A stretch of 55,549 nt of DNA from a virus (Duplodnaviria > Caudoviricetes), in the IMG/VR virus record IMGVR_UViG_3300028138_000005, positions 1 to 55,549 of that record. One strand, given 5' to 3'. The position numbers and the translations under genes were made by a program. The notes below the pieces were generated by a model. The model was not told the DNA's origin. It saw only the letters and a list, made by a program, of their open reading frames with translations, and did no database searches. Below are positions 24,801 to 34,292 of this stretch, in pieces. Within the stretch, counting starts at the first letter, position 1, and every line of letters begins with the position of its first letter.

Positions 24801-27367
24801 CCGCCAATGCCCTTTTGCTCCTGCGCTCTGAGTCGGGCTCGAGCTTTGTCGGCGGCATCCTCGAGCTTGGAAACAACAAACTCAGCAACTCCACCGGAGG
24901 CAGCGGCAGCCGCGGGTTTGCCTTCCTCTTTGCGCTTGACCCATTCATCCACATCGCCGGCAGTCACCAGCTCGGGCTTCTCGGGATTGACCTTCTCGGC
25001 CACTGCGCGGAGCGCCGGGGACCAGTCATGGATCCGGTCGGTAGCCGTGAGGCCGTGATAATCTTTTGCCTCCTGCCAATCTTTGAAAGTCTTGATCGAG
25101 GAGGGCGGTTTCTCGGCGCCGCCCGTTGCGCGGTATGGGTTGGATCCCTGGCCTGAAGTGACGTCGATCTCCTTCCCCAGCTCACGCGTGCGGGTTTCAA
25201 CCGCCTTCACCCTGGCTTTGTGCTCGGTGACGTCGGGGACCTCAGCTTTGAGAAGTGACTCAATTTCGGCGGGTTTCGTTTCAGTGGCAGCCGGTTTCGT
25301 TTCAGGTGTGGCCGCCTCTGCTTTTGGTAGGGACTTTTTGATCTCCTCGATCGCGTCATCGCTGAGCCCAACTTCCTTACCGTTTTCCACAAGCCACTTG
25401 GCAACCTCTGGATTTTTACGCCAGTCCAAGGGACGTTCCTCGGGGAGATTGAGTTCCGGTACGGCTTTCTCCCAGCTTCCGCTTTTGGTTGCCGTTTCGA
25501 TCGCTTCACGCGGAATGGATAGGCGCGGTTGCCACTTAAAGCCGCCTTCCATTTGCAGCTTTAGCTTTTGCTCTGGGGTGAGCTTTGGATCTTTGGCCTG
25601 TTCTTTCAGCTCGGCCAGCCGTTTTTGAGCCTTCCGCTTTAACTCCAAGAAGGCGTCCAAGTCGGGTATGCCCTTGGCGCCCAACCCTGCCGCCTGAGAA
25701 TGAGAATTGTTGAGGCTCGCGTTTTCGTCTTGGTGTCGCGTTATCAGGTCCTGAGTGGTTGGGCTCAACGGTGACGCTGGCGTGGTCGGCGCCTCGGTAA
25801 TGGGCGCGGCCGGCGCGGTTGGCGTGGTCGGGGTGGTCGGAGGCGTGGGCTCGGTGGGCGGCGCCTCTTCAGTGGGCGGGGGTTCTTCCGGTTTTACTTT
25901 CCCCCCGCCTTCAGGTTTGCCGGCGTCAACCCAGGCTTTGTAGGCCTTGCGCTGCTCCGGTGTCATATACCGGCGATCGGACTCATCCAGGGCCGCCCAG
26001 CCTTTCTCCTGCACAGTCTTGACGATCTCGGCATTGATCTGGGCCGCCTGCCGGCCCTGGATCTCGCCTAACTGTTGCTGGAAGAAGGCTTCATCCCCTT
26101 GCGTCGGAACTTGCGCTTCACCTTGTACGGGAGGTTCTTCCCCGGGCCGTATTCCTTGCTCCACCGTTTGGCTATCTCCGGATGGTTCTTGTACAGGAAC
26201 CGGCGTTGTGCTTCGCTGCGAAACGGCATTTTTATCCTTTCTCATTTCGGGGAACGCGTCATTGCGTAACGCCCGTGCATCCTCGCGGTTTCCCTTCAAC
26301 GTATCGGGGAAGGCCGCCAAAATCTGGTTAATCTCTCTGAGGCCCTGCTGGCGGATCTGGGCTACTCGCGGATCGGATGGTCCCTCGGGGATCTCGAGGC
26401 GGCTGTGCGCCGGCATCTCGGGAACTTCTAGCCCAGGCGTGAGCGGCCCGCGCATTGTCGCCGGGATGCGCCCGGGCATTTGCAGATCTCTCCCGGTGAG
26501 CCCGCCGTTTTGGGCAACCCGTTCCATTAACCAACGGTCTTGCGGCGTGAGCGGAGGTCCCGGGGGTGCATCCGGCGTGAGGCCGTGCTTGAGCATGGTA
26601 GCGCCCAGGATGGCATTGACCCCAGGCTTACCAATGGCTTCAACCCTGTCCGCGTTGGAAGCGTTCGGGTCTTTGAGCACGCGAATCGCTTCCTTGATCT
26701 CGTCGGGCAGATCCGCAAATTGCGCCCCGGCAAAGAGCAGGCCGGCTGCTTTGGCAATCGCCGAGCTCCCGCCAGAGGCCACCATGAGCCCCGCCTGTTC
26801 CGGCTGGGCCAGCCCCTCAGTCGTGCTGGATCCCAGGTTGAACAACCCCGCGGCTACGCCGGGAAAGGTTTTCATCAGGGTCCCGGCAATCGGGTGAGTC
26901 AGGGTCAGATTCTCGCCGGCCGTGCGGGCAAATTCAGGGGTGACTCGAGGCAGGTTCAAAACGTGCTCGGGTGAGGAGCTGGGATCGATCCCGCTGGTGC
27001 GAAGGAAATCAGAGGCGGCCGGCGCCAGGGCTTCATGGGCCTGCTCCATGGCAAAACCAATCGGCTTCTGCGCGATGTCCTTTGCCGCTTGGACTTCTTC
27101 CTCGGGCAACACGCCCGCCATGGCGCCAGGGTCCAGGCTGAATCGGCCCATTTGCTGGATCGCGGCCCGCTCGCGCAGCCGGTCGGAATAGGCTCGAGCG
27201 CCTTCGGCGGCGCGGCCAACCAGAGGATTAGTCAGCGTCCCCATGAGGAGGGCAGGCTCTTTGATCGACTCCTGTACTCCGAGGGCTAACGTTTTGGGAT
27301 CTGGATCGGCTTGGAAACCTTCAGGCGTTTCCGGATCCGCTATGAAACCGGCTGGGGCTGTGGCCAT
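21860..27367 (-). CDS. Large internal virion / DNA ejection protein (1835 aa)
   Basis: Last and largest gene of the tail operon; N-terminal PxGFxxD repeats, Pro/Thr linker, helical C-terminal region; no enzyme motif recognised. Confidence 0.7.
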   Translation of the reverse strand: MATAPAGFIADPETPEGFQADPDPKTLALGVQESIKEPALLMGTLTNPLVGRAAEGARAYSDRLRERAAIQQMGRFSLDPGAMAGVLPEEEVQAAKDIAQKPIGFAMEQAHEALAPAASDFLRTSGIDPSSSPEHVLNLPRVTPEFARTAGENLTLTHPIAGTLMKTFPGVAAGLFNLGSSTTEGLAQPEQAGLMVASGGSSAIAKAAGLLFAGAQFADLPDEIKEAIRVLKDPNASNADRVEAIGKPGVNAILGATMLKHGLTPDAPPGPPLTPQDRWLMERVAQNGGLTGRDLQMPGRIPATMRGPLTPGLEVPEMPAHSRLEIPEGPSDPRVAQIRQQGLREINQILAAFPDTLKGNREDARALRNDAFPEMRKDKNAVSQRSTTPVPVQEPSGDSQTVEQGIRPGEEPPVQGEAQVPTQGDEAFFQQQLGEIQGRQAAQINAEIVKTVQEKGWAALDESDRRYMTPEQRKAYKAWVDAGKPEGGGKVKPEEPPPTEEAPPTEPTPPTTPTTPTAPAAPITEAPTTPASPLSPTTQDLITRHQDENASLNNSHSQAAGLGAKGIPDLDAFLELKRKAQKRLAELKEQAKDPKLTPEQKLKLQMEGGFKWQPRLSIPREAIETATKSGSWEKAVPELNLPEERPLDWRKNPEVAKWLVENGKEVGLSDDAIEEIKKSLPKAEAATPETKPAATETKPAEIESLLKAEVPDVTEHKARVKAVETRTRELGKEIDVTSGQGSNPYRATGGAEKPPSSIKTFKDWQEAKDYHGLTATDRIHDWSPALRAVAEKVNPEKPELVTAGDVDEWVKRKEEGKPAAAAASGGVAEFVVSKLEDAADKARARLRAQEQKGIGGETFIGGMFTKIPNAIDYATIGAAKLARFGLDKARFAAEMIAEFGKRISPHLDTLFEDAKGLLARHYEIEKNKATPIQQIISEATGAGHGQLDTIGKIIDTLQSGLKTVRALRDHFTDKPHISRAEAKLADDFLEADANRIRESLNALVKKELPPSQRGIFLTAISNATKRAPLLTGDPEAMYRRAAEVAARIEEHGVNVQRNQAVNDIKANVTKALASPTVDLAFKAKIGDVVKNFNFTKPTENTIAKLQKIRDYIKSQEALGRDVEMPKAILDALEILNKTPIKDLPLHVLEAMRDRIAMLEQMGRRTVATRQLRWENEKAVKNRELTDEPTNPIDKRPEFSSGLTDPISPTMKIRNFINRRLDAGGLLDKALLPIDALFDLLGDAKGAYKGWLFKHVRNPIDLGFNATQVMREQITKPLVDIIKKNGLNETNAKRIGVYAALQQEGGRERLLAMGATPAELDKIQSGLTPVEKSAYNYMRSALDELLPQVQKMMHELYNIPVEPVENYFPMPRDWNKVEPEPKTPAEPKFGQEMAFDDLAGWKDLYGDYTPLKTKTERGFTIERKPGAESAIKIHAFDVFEQHINDVAYLLKTQRDIKMIGELAKGDLFLEKYGKIGQSMVLNWLDTVARQGRLGGLRRWDALDTLRKNTSAGVIGFRLASQFVHLSNIPLAMERTGVLNYTSAVHEIWTEKGKKFLADNFAETFSRGGGEPALTEAMQEGASVFGKQIVPKKYVKAGFYFARLIDQKNSQATVLGMYFKALKEKGLDPARYADMPVDKEAQARALVMARRAVASPLPKDVPMVLSRGSMVGNNVSIGRALFQFQNIFLDQWSNIRHDFARAGIREVNPVKAARIGAALAVMIGLETGIREASKEVIKGLTGYHPKKKEPPIEAKVLVETARRFPIMGQLTAAMMYGETGVPLIDSLLQVPREAYRAVTAKKPKAQDKAAIRAIAGAAQVSGVPGASQIGELIEKSQ

Positions 27368-27373
27368 AAATTG

Positions 27374-28219
27374 TCATTGTGCAAGCGTCCAGCCTTCCGG
27401 CAAGTCTGTACCATCCGGAACAGTGCCTTTCTGGCCGTTTGGTCCGACAACCCGCACCCGCTTGCCTCCACCAGCTCCACCGGTTGGGCTCGCGGCCGGC
27501 GTTACGCCCGTTGGAGTGCCAAGCTGCCGCTGCCTGGGTGTGTAAGAGGCGATCTTGCGGCGAAGGTCCAAGGCCTGTTGCATCAGATCAGCTTTCTCCT
27601 CCGAGTTCGCGTCCGTGCCCCGGTGCACTATACGACTGATCAAACCGCTGGGCTCGATACCTTCGATCTTCTTTTGAAGGTTTTTATAATCGGCAACGTC
27701 TGCGCCCATCATGGCCTGATCCTGGGGCGAGAGCTTCGGCGCGGTCGCAATCGCTTCGCGCAATTTCATGTTTTCCTCGGCGCGGGCATTGGCCTTGTCC
27801 CGCTGGGTTTGCAAGTCAGCGCGATACTTGTCCAAGTCCACGAGGCGCCGATCGCGCAAGTCCATCATCGCCTTATCGTTGCGCGTGCGCTCTGCCAGGG
27901 AGGCCGCCTGGGTTGCCGCGATCTCTTTAGTCCGCTCGGCCTGCTGCTGCAAAGCCTGCTCACGGTAGCCCATCATTAAGTCTTGCTGCTGTTGCTTCGC
28001 GGCCAGGGTCGCGTGTGCCAGTGTAAGTTTAGCCTGGGCTTGTTCGGCGGCTCGTTCCTCTTGGCTTTGGAGCTGCGCGTAAGCAAGGCTCAAACGGTCT
28101 TTAGCCTCGTTCGCCGCTATATCTTGACCCCTGAGGGTTGTACCAAGCTGCGCTCCTGACTGGATGGCGGTTTGGTACGTTTGGGGAGTGACATCATTCC
28201 AAGGGCCGAGGCCAGTCAT
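27374..28219 (-). CDS. Internal virion / ejection protein
   Basis: Gln/Ala-rich coiled coil; C-terminal VRVVGPNGQKGTVP; position. Confidence 0.65.
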   Translation of the reverse strand: MTGLGPWNDVTPQTYQTAIQSGAQLGTTLRGQDIAANEAKDRLSLAYAQLQSQEERAAEQAQAKLTLAHATLAAKQQQQDLMMGYREQALQQQAERTKEIAATQAASLAERTRNDKAMMDLRDRRLVDLDKYRADLQTQRDKANARAEENMKLREAIATAPKLSPQDQAMMGADVADYKNLQKKIEGIEPSGLISRIVHRGTDANSEEKADLMQQALDLRRKIASYTPRQRQLGTPTGVTPAASPTGGAGGGKRVRVVGPNGQKGTVPDGTDLPEGWTLAQ

Positions 28220-28263
28220 AAATATCCTTTTGCTATGGGGGTGATCGCAGTAAACTCAAAGCC

Positions 28264-28797
28264 ATGAAACCCAAAATGAGTCGCAAGGAACGGGGAAAAC
28301 TTGGCGCAAAAAAACGGTGGGCGAAACCGATCGAGCTGCCTAAACGCTTTTGGGCCAAGGTTGAGATTCTTGGGCCGAATGATTGCTGGCCCTGGCGCGG
28401 CGGGTTCCGCGGAAAGTACGGCCAGATCAAAGTGAACGGCAAGAAGGTGGGTGCTCATCGCGTGGCGTACGCGTTGGATAGCCGCTTGAGTCCCGAAGGA
28501 TTTAAGGTGTGCCACACGTGCGATAATCCTCCGTGCTGCAACCCTAAACACCTTTTCCGAGGCACGTCCAAAGATAACGCTCAGGACGCCGTTAAAAAGG
28601 GCCGATGGAATCCTGGGCACAAAGGCGGCAGCCGAGGCAAAGGCGAGCTTTCTAACCGGCGTAAGCTTACTCAAAAGGAGGTTGACCAGATTCGCAGGGC
28701 TGCGGCTCGCGGTATTCTCACGCAAGCTGCGATCGGCCGCAAATTCGGCGTTGGCCAGGATGAAGTGAGTAGGATTGTGCATCACAAACGCTGGTGA
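28264..28797 (+). CDS. HNH homing endonuclease (His-Cys box type), antisense to the operon
   Basis: RFWAKV, CWPWRG, YGQI, AHRVAY, VCHTCDNPPCCNPKHL; C-terminal HTH. Confidence 0.9.
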   Translation: MKPKMSRKERGKLGAKKRWAKPIELPKRFWAKVEILGPNDCWPWRGGFRGKYGQIKVNGKKVGAHRVAYALDSRLSPEGFKVCHTCDNPPCCNPKHLFRGTSKDNAQDAVKKGRWNPGHKGGSRGKGELSNRRKLTQKEVDQIRRAAARGILTQAAIGRKFGVGQDEVSRIVHHKRW

Positions 28798-28798
28798 G

Positions 28799-29713
28799 CT
28801 AAACGAGTTCAGAAAAAATGTCCAAAGCTGCTGGCGAACTGAAAAGATCGCTCGCGTTGGCAGTCGGGCCGAACACTTTGGCGGGATCGTTATAAGAGGC
28901 ATCCGCTAAAGGATTGTAAGGGCCGGCGCCAGCCGCGGGAGTTCCGCCTCCCGGGAAACCACCTACGCCCCATGGATCGCTTGTGGTCCAGTCGGTTGCC
29001 TGTGGGTTTGGTCCCATGTAAGTAAATCCTCCACCGGTTCCGAGACTGGCCGGCCCGCCGCCAATGGTGTTTCCGGTCACATTGAAAAGCCCATTGTTGG
29101 CTACGGTTGGGGCTGTCGGGCCGCCCGCGCCTACGCCTACGCCTCCACCGCCTACACCCAGGTTGCCAAAATCAAGTGGCTTGGGTGTGTAAGGCTGGGG
29201 CGCAAAGGAGATCCCGCCGCCTGGGCCGCGCACCTTGGCGGCATACTCATCAAAAAGCTGTTTGGCGTAATTGGCGGCCGCTCGAGGACTGGGCGCCGCG
29301 GCATTGATTGCGTTCCGGTTGGCGATCTCGGTCTGCAGCTCGGGGCTCACCGTCTGCGTGCTCTTTATCGTTGGGATCAGCGAATTGTAATCCTGCAGAG
29401 CTTTTTCCTGTAGCCCTTCGGTAAAGCCCGCGATGTTGCCAAACAAAGCTCGATCAGAAAGGCCACTGAAAGGCATCCCGCTACCCGAGGCAGTCTGGGC
29501 ATTGGTCAGTTGCAACGCGTTCCGTGTCCCGGGCGAAACAATCCCCAGGGAGTTAGCCGTGAGATTGGTTAGCAGGTTCTTGTTAAGGCCGCCCAGTCCC
29601 GGGGCAACTTTTGACAGATCCCCAAACGGATCGGGCAGGCCGAGAGCTCCTGGCACTTTGCCAAACGGGGTCCCGGTTCCTTCTGTGGGAGTGGGGTTCA
29701 AAATTGTAGGCAT
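28799..29713 (-). CDS. Gly-rich internal virion / ejection protein
   Basis: Gly/Ala/Pro-rich; SGMPFSG motif; position after adaptor genes. Confidence 0.6.
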   Translation of the reverse strand: MPTILNPTPTEGTGTPFGKVPGALGLPDPFGDLSKVAPGLGGLNKNLLTNLTANSLGIVSPGTRNALQLTNAQTASGSGMPFSGLSDRALFGNIAGFTEGLQEKALQDYNSLIPTIKSTQTVSPELQTEIANRNAINAAAPSPRAAANYAKQLFDEYAAKVRGPGGGISFAPQPYTPKPLDFGNLGVGGGGVGVGAGGPTAPTVANNGLFNVTGNTIGGGPASLGTGGGFTYMGPNPQATDWTTSDPWGVGGFPGGGTPAAGAGPYNPLADASYNDPAKVFGPTANASDLFSSPAALDIFSELV

Positions 29714-29756
29714 GATTGTCCTCGCAGTCTAATCGGAGTTTTGATACAGTGGGCCA

Positions 29757-30209
29757 GTGAAAAAAGAGTGGTTTTGGAAATGGGTAACAAAAACAAAAAC
29801 CTGCTGGCTCGTTCCAGCCACACACGGACAAGGTTACGGCCAAGTCTGCAAACCGGGAGAAGGGAAAATAACCCTCGCCCACAGAGCCTCATGGGAAATT
29901 CACTTCGGGCCAATCCCAGACGGCGCATGGGTCCTTCATAAGTGTGACGTCCGAAACTGCATCCGTCCCAAGCATTTGTTCCTCGGCAACGTGCAGGATA
30001 ATCAGCGCGACATGGCCGAGAAAAACCGCTCGCCACAAGGCAGCCGAAATGGCAGAAGCAAAATAGACGAAGCCACGGCAAAGAAGATTCTCGCCCTGAA
30101 AGACTCAGGACTAACCGGGGTTCAAGTGGCCAAGAGGTTCTCATTGGTCAAAGCCAGTGTTTACTTTATTTGGCGTGGGGTGACGTGGCGTCATATTCAG
30201 AAGCATTGA
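29757..30209 (+). CDS. HNH homing endonuclease (His-Cys box type), antisense to the operon
   Basis: FWKWV, CWL, GYGQ, AHRASW, VLHKCDVRNCIRPKHLFLG. Confidence 0.9.
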   Translation: MKKEWFWKWVTKTKTCWLVPATHGQGYGQVCKPGEGKITLAHRASWEIHFGPIPDGAWVLHKCDVRNCIRPKHLFLGNVQDNQRDMAEKNRSPQGSRNGRSKIDEATAKKILALKDSGLTGVQVAKRFSLVKASVYFIWRGVTWRHIQKH

Positions 30210-31210
30210 TTCTGCCAAACGCTGGGACCGAGGACATTGTTTGAGGCCGCAAATTGTTCATCCGGGATGGCATCATTGAGCTCGAGGTTGCCTTCCTTCA
30301 CCGCCATCGCCTGCCACTTGTTCAACTCCTCAAAGTTGCCAGACTCGGCCGCCTTCACGGCCTGGATCATGTAGGCCAGGACGTCTGTATTGTCGATCGG
30401 CAGGACGTCTGTCGGGACCTTGGCCGGGATAAACTTCAGCTTTATCCGCATGAGCACACCCCGCTTGCTCGAGCAACAATTCGGCTGGATTGAGCCCGTG
30501 CCACACGTGGGCCAACGGATATTCAGGAAGTAACTGGAGTACTCGGGCTTAGTCTCGCTGGGCTCGTAATGGGCCAGCTCCTCGAGGACGTCAGCCGCCG
30601 CGTTATAGGCGTAACAGTCAACCGGCAGCTCGGTCGGGTCCTTGATCACGTAGTCAATGCTTCTGACAAACGTGGTCGAGCTCACAAAGGGCTTGGCCAG
30701 GGTGAGGGTGATACCCTGATCCCAGGTGTCATCCGGATTGCGCGTCATCAGGGTCTGCCCGTTGTTGTCCGTGCCGAATATCTGGATCGTTTTGCCAACG
30801 TCCTTATTAGCTCGCGGGTAGGCGCGGATCAGCCGGCCATCACCCATGATGTCCTGAAACACGGGTTTGCTGCCGCGGTCTTGTAAGTTGGGGCCGCAAT
30901 CTGCTCCGCGCCAATTCTCCCAGGAGTGGTTGGCCGAGCTGGACTTCATAAACCGCCACCATCCATTCTCCACGTCCACCGCCCTGTTACAGACATTGAT
31001 CCGGCGAATCTTGCCCACGTAACGCGGCGCCACAAAGCAGCCGTTGGCCACACACACGAAAATGTCTGCCACCGTGCCAATGAAGTCCCCGCGCCGCATG
31101 TACATGGCGCAAGCCTTGTTGACCAGGGAGAGGAACTCTGGGGAGGTCGGGCAGGACGAGGCTATCGCCTGGATACGCAGATCGTCTTGAGCTTCTTGGA
31201 GTAGGATCAT
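30197..31210 (-). CDS. Putative head-tail adaptor (tail tubular A-like)
   Basis: Helical N- and C-termini around a beta-rich core; position in a podovirus tail operon. Confidence 0.5.
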   Translation of the reverse strand: MILLQEAQDDLRIQAIASSCPTSPEFLSLVNKACAMYMRRGDFIGTVADIFVCVANGCFVAPRYVGKIRRINVCNRAVDVENGWWRFMKSSSANHSWENWRGADCGPNLQDRGSKPVFQDIMGDGRLIRAYPRANKDVGKTIQIFGTDNNGQTLMTRNPDDTWDQGITLTLAKPFVSSTTFVRSIDYVIKDPTELPVDCYAYNAAADVLEELAHYEPSETKPEYSSYFLNIRWPTCGTGSIQPNCCSSKRGVLMRIKLKFIPAKVPTDVLPIDNTDVLAYMIQAVKAAESGNFEELNKWQAMAVKEGNLELNDAIPDEQFAASNNVLGPSVWQNQCF

Positions 31211-32226
31211 GGGAAATAGAGTTTGATGACTGGGCCAGGACAATTTTGCGGGGACAAAGTGGTTGCGCCGTGCAGGACATTACCGGTGATGATCTGCCAT
31301 TGGTTATTGGCGTTGAACGCTCCGATATTGACCAGGGTAGTGTAAGCGTTGCCGATGCTCCACCGGTACTGACACACGCAGACATTGTAAACGGTTAGAG
31401 CTCCGTCAATGGTCGGGCCTGGGCAAACGCATCCCATACCTATCAGCGCGGCGTTTAACTGGGTCACGGCGTCAATACTGGCCAGGGCGTCAACCCGCTC
31501 CTGAATCCCAGTGGCCGCGGGCTCGCAGTATTTGCCGGCCGGAATGTCCACCACCGCAACCTTGCTGGGGTCGCCGGCACAGGCCTGGAACGTATGTAGG
31601 AAGGCATTGCACACCCCACAGGTAAGCTGCGTAGTGGCGCTCTTGGTCGCAAAATCCAGAGCCGCCGCATTGAACTGGGCCTGGGCCGCCGCGATCTGGT
31701 CTGGTGTGGCGTTAAACAGAGTCGCGCCCATGTAACCGGGAGGGGTACAGAAACTCTTTGGGGAACCGCTGCTCTCAGGGTTGCAATGGGCCGTGTAACA
31801 TTGCTCGGTGCTGTTTACGTCCGTGCGAGTGTTGCCGGTGATCAGGGTCGGGGCCGGAATGCCCGGGCCGGGACTGGTCTTGTTTTTGCACTGGGCCTGC
31901 TGAAAGGCCCAGGTCTCAAAGAGGTTGTTTACCAGCAACTGAGTTTGCGCTTGGCTGATCCCAATCGGGATAGGAACCGTTACCATGCCCTGGCAGCCGT
32001 AGATCGAGAAGTTGCCGCCGTCCGTGACTATGACCTCGGGAATAGTGTCCTTGGGTATGTCGATGACCCGCGGCCAGTAGCCGGGGAAACAAGAGTAGCC
32101 TGGGGGACAATCCAAAATGAACGTGTAACCCTGAGTCGCAAAGAATCCACGGGACGGCGCCAAGTCAGGCGTGATGCCGCCAAACTCGCCACAATCGATT
32201 ATTGCTCCACAGCTATAGCAACTCAT
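31207..32226 (-). CDS. Cys-rich virion protein with two internal repeats (DUF5977-like)
   Basis: 19 Cys in 339 aa; repeats N..Q...C...PxGxY...QxxxxAxA...C. Confidence 0.55.
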   Translation of the reverse strand: MSCYSCGAIIDCGEFGGITPDLAPSRGFFATQGYTFILDCPPGYSCFPGYWPRVIDIPKDTIPEVIVTDGGNFSIYGCQGMVTVPIPIGISQAQTQLLVNNLFETWAFQQAQCKNKTSPGPGIPAPTLITGNTRTDVNSTEQCYTAHCNPESSGSPKSFCTPPGYMGATLFNATPDQIAAAQAQFNAAALDFATKSATTQLTCGVCNAFLHTFQACAGDPSKVAVVDIPAGKYCEPAATGIQERVDALASIDAVTQLNAALIGMGCVCPGPTIDGALTVYNVCVCQYRWSIGNAYTTLVNIGAFNANNQWQIITGNVLHGATTLSPQNCPGPVIKLYFP

Positions 32227-34292
32227 GGTGAAGGCGGGCAGAGGACCGAACACTTGAGCGGGGCAAACTTGGGCTGTGCCACCGTCACGGATAAGAGGCG
32301 AACCTCGCGCACGCGGCAATGACCGGTCACGATCATTTTGACTTGGAACTGGTAGCCCTCGCAGAGCGGCCGATTGGTCGAGGGATCACACAGATTGACG
32401 GGCGGTCGGCCAAACCCCATCCGCGGCCGAAACTGGGGCTGGGCATTCTCGCCAATAGTCGAGCATTCCGTCCAGGCGGCCCAGGGGACCCAACAAGGAT
32501 ACTGGTCGGGTTTCCAGTAAACCTGAAACAGGACCTCACCCACTAACAGATCAACGGCGCATTCCCCATCCATCAAACGCAAGTAAGGTTGCTGCCGGGG
32601 ATCCTGGCCTTTGAAAAAGACCGGAGTCTCGAACACCAGGGCGATCGGGCTCGTCCCGTTATCGTAAATCTGGTCGGGTGTAACGATGACATTCTCGGAT
32701 AGTACATCCGGAGGAGTTGGCAGGACCTCAGTCAGCTTGATCCGGTTCGGGCTCGAGATGGTGTCCAGATTGAACGAAAAGCAGCGTTGGACATTATCGA
32801 AGTAGCCCGTGACAAGCTGCAGGGTGTTTAACCCCTTCCAGGCCCCGTCATAGACGCTGGGCGCTTTGCCGCCCAAGGTGCTAATCGGGTCGAAGTTCAT
32901 CGCCACAAGGCCCGAATGGTAAACGCCCTGATCGCTGGCAATGGGCGAGGCAGTCATCAGGAACCGGTTTTCGAACACGACCGCGCTGCTGAATGGAAGC
33001 AACTTGAGATTGTCCAAGGGCAACACCCGATTCATTTCCCGGCTCTGAGGCACGTTGCCCCAGGTATCAAACTCGCGCCGGCCAAGGATCAAGGACCGTA
33101 TCCCGTCGATCGCCCGAAAGAGAGTGTCCCCGTTGGCCGGCACGGTGGAGTTTTGCCCCTGGCCTCCGTTGGCCAAGAGGCTTTCGGTAAGGATCGGGTT
33201 TTGCATCGACTGCCACGTAAGGCGATCCACAGTGGCATTGACCGAGAAAACGATCTGACTGGTGAGGACTGCAAGTTGACCTTGGCCGAGGGAAGCGTCC
33301 AGCGTAGCCGTGGGTATGATTGCTTGGATCTTATCCACGCTCCCAGGGACACGAAAGTTGCCGCCCCCAGCCAAGTAAGTGTTTTCGGAGATCTTCAGGA
33401 TGGCATCCGCGAAATTCTCGGCCAGGGTCCCGCTCGGCCCGCCCACGATGTCACCCGCCAGGAATTGAGTCCCGTCTGTGAGGGAGAGCCAGATACGGCC
33501 GCGCCAGTAAGCGCCCATGCGCCCGGGCGGGAGTTCGCTGATCGCCGTGCTCCAAGTGACTGTTCCCGGGGCAACCACCGTTCCGCCTACGGGCAGGCCG
33601 TTAATGTTGATCACTGTGATAACCGGATCGGCGCCCGCATTGGTGACTTGGAACTGGCCCACACCCCATACGTTGATGATCTGCCCATTGGTGAGCCCTG
33701 TAACGGCCGAGAAGGTGATATTGACCGTTGTAACCCCGTCCACTGGGGGGATCACGAAGTTATTTGGCGGGACAAAGGTCGCGTTGAACGCTACCCGATT
33801 TTGAACCAGGGAGCGCCGTGCGGTCATGGTCGAGAGATCCAAGAAGATCGGCGTACTGGCGCCGTCATTGAGGATCACCCATTGCTCAGCCTGGAACAGC
33901 CACGCCTGGGGATTTGTAGGCGGGTTTGGGTCAGCCGGGATCGTTACGTCCGTGCACGTAGCCACGTTGCCAACGATCTGAATGAAGTAGAGTTTGCCGG
34001 CAATCTGGCACACCAAGCCTTCAGGGGAGTTGGACGGTTGCGCCCAACAGGCGCCCTGCCAGAGTCCTTGCTCAAAGGCGCTTTGCTGGCCCGGGGTCAG
34101 GAACGTGATGCCTCGATCGTGGAAAGGCGGCCGATGGGTGATGTAGGTCCCGCGCACGGTCCCATTTAACGCCCAGGCCAGTTGGCTCTTTTGGAGTAGC
34201 TCAGGGGCGATCCCCGAGTTCATCCCGCTTTGAAATGTACTCGTTGCGTCGAGCTGCTCAACTCCCAGCTCGTAAGTAGCTTGTTTGGCCAT
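32223..34292 (-). CDS. Tail nozzle / DNA stabilisation protein (beta-propeller type)
   Basis: FQSGMNS...PELL...WALN N-terminus, MGAYWRGRIW; size and position. Confidence 0.65.
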   Translation of the reverse strand: MAKQATYELGVEQLDATSTFQSGMNSGIAPELLQKSQLAWALNGTVRGTYITHRPPFHDRGITFLTPGQQSAFEQGLWQGACWAQPSNSPEGLVCQIAGKLYFIQIVGNVATCTDVTIPADPNPPTNPQAWLFQAEQWVILNDGASTPIFLDLSTMTARRSLVQNRVAFNATFVPPNNFVIPPVDGVTTVNITFSAVTGLTNGQIINVWGVGQFQVTNAGADPVITVININGLPVGGTVVAPGTVTWSTAISELPPGRMGAYWRGRIWLSLTDGTQFLAGDIVGGPSGTLAENFADAILKISENTYLAGGGNFRVPGSVDKIQAIIPTATLDASLGQGQLAVLTSQIVFSVNATVDRLTWQSMQNPILTESLLANGGQGQNSTVPANGDTLFRAIDGIRSLILGRREFDTWGNVPQSREMNRVLPLDNLKLLPFSSAVVFENRFLMTASPIASDQGVYHSGLVAMNFDPISTLGGKAPSVYDGAWKGLNTLQLVTGYFDNVQRCFSFNLDTISSPNRIKLTEVLPTPPDVLSENVIVTPDQIYDNGTSPIALVFETPVFFKGQDPRQQPYLRLMDGECAVDLLVGEVLFQVYWKPDQYPCWVPWAAWTECSTIGENAQPQFRPRMGFGRPPVNLCDPSTNRPLCEGYQFQVKMIVTGHCRVREVRLLSVTVAQPKFAPLKCSVLCPPSP

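Noticed and set aside
32916-34169. Long antisense ORFs (also 25947-26897, 39619-40791, 40831-41724)
   Set aside because: Shadow frames opposite well-supported genes in GC-rich DNA, with no motifs.
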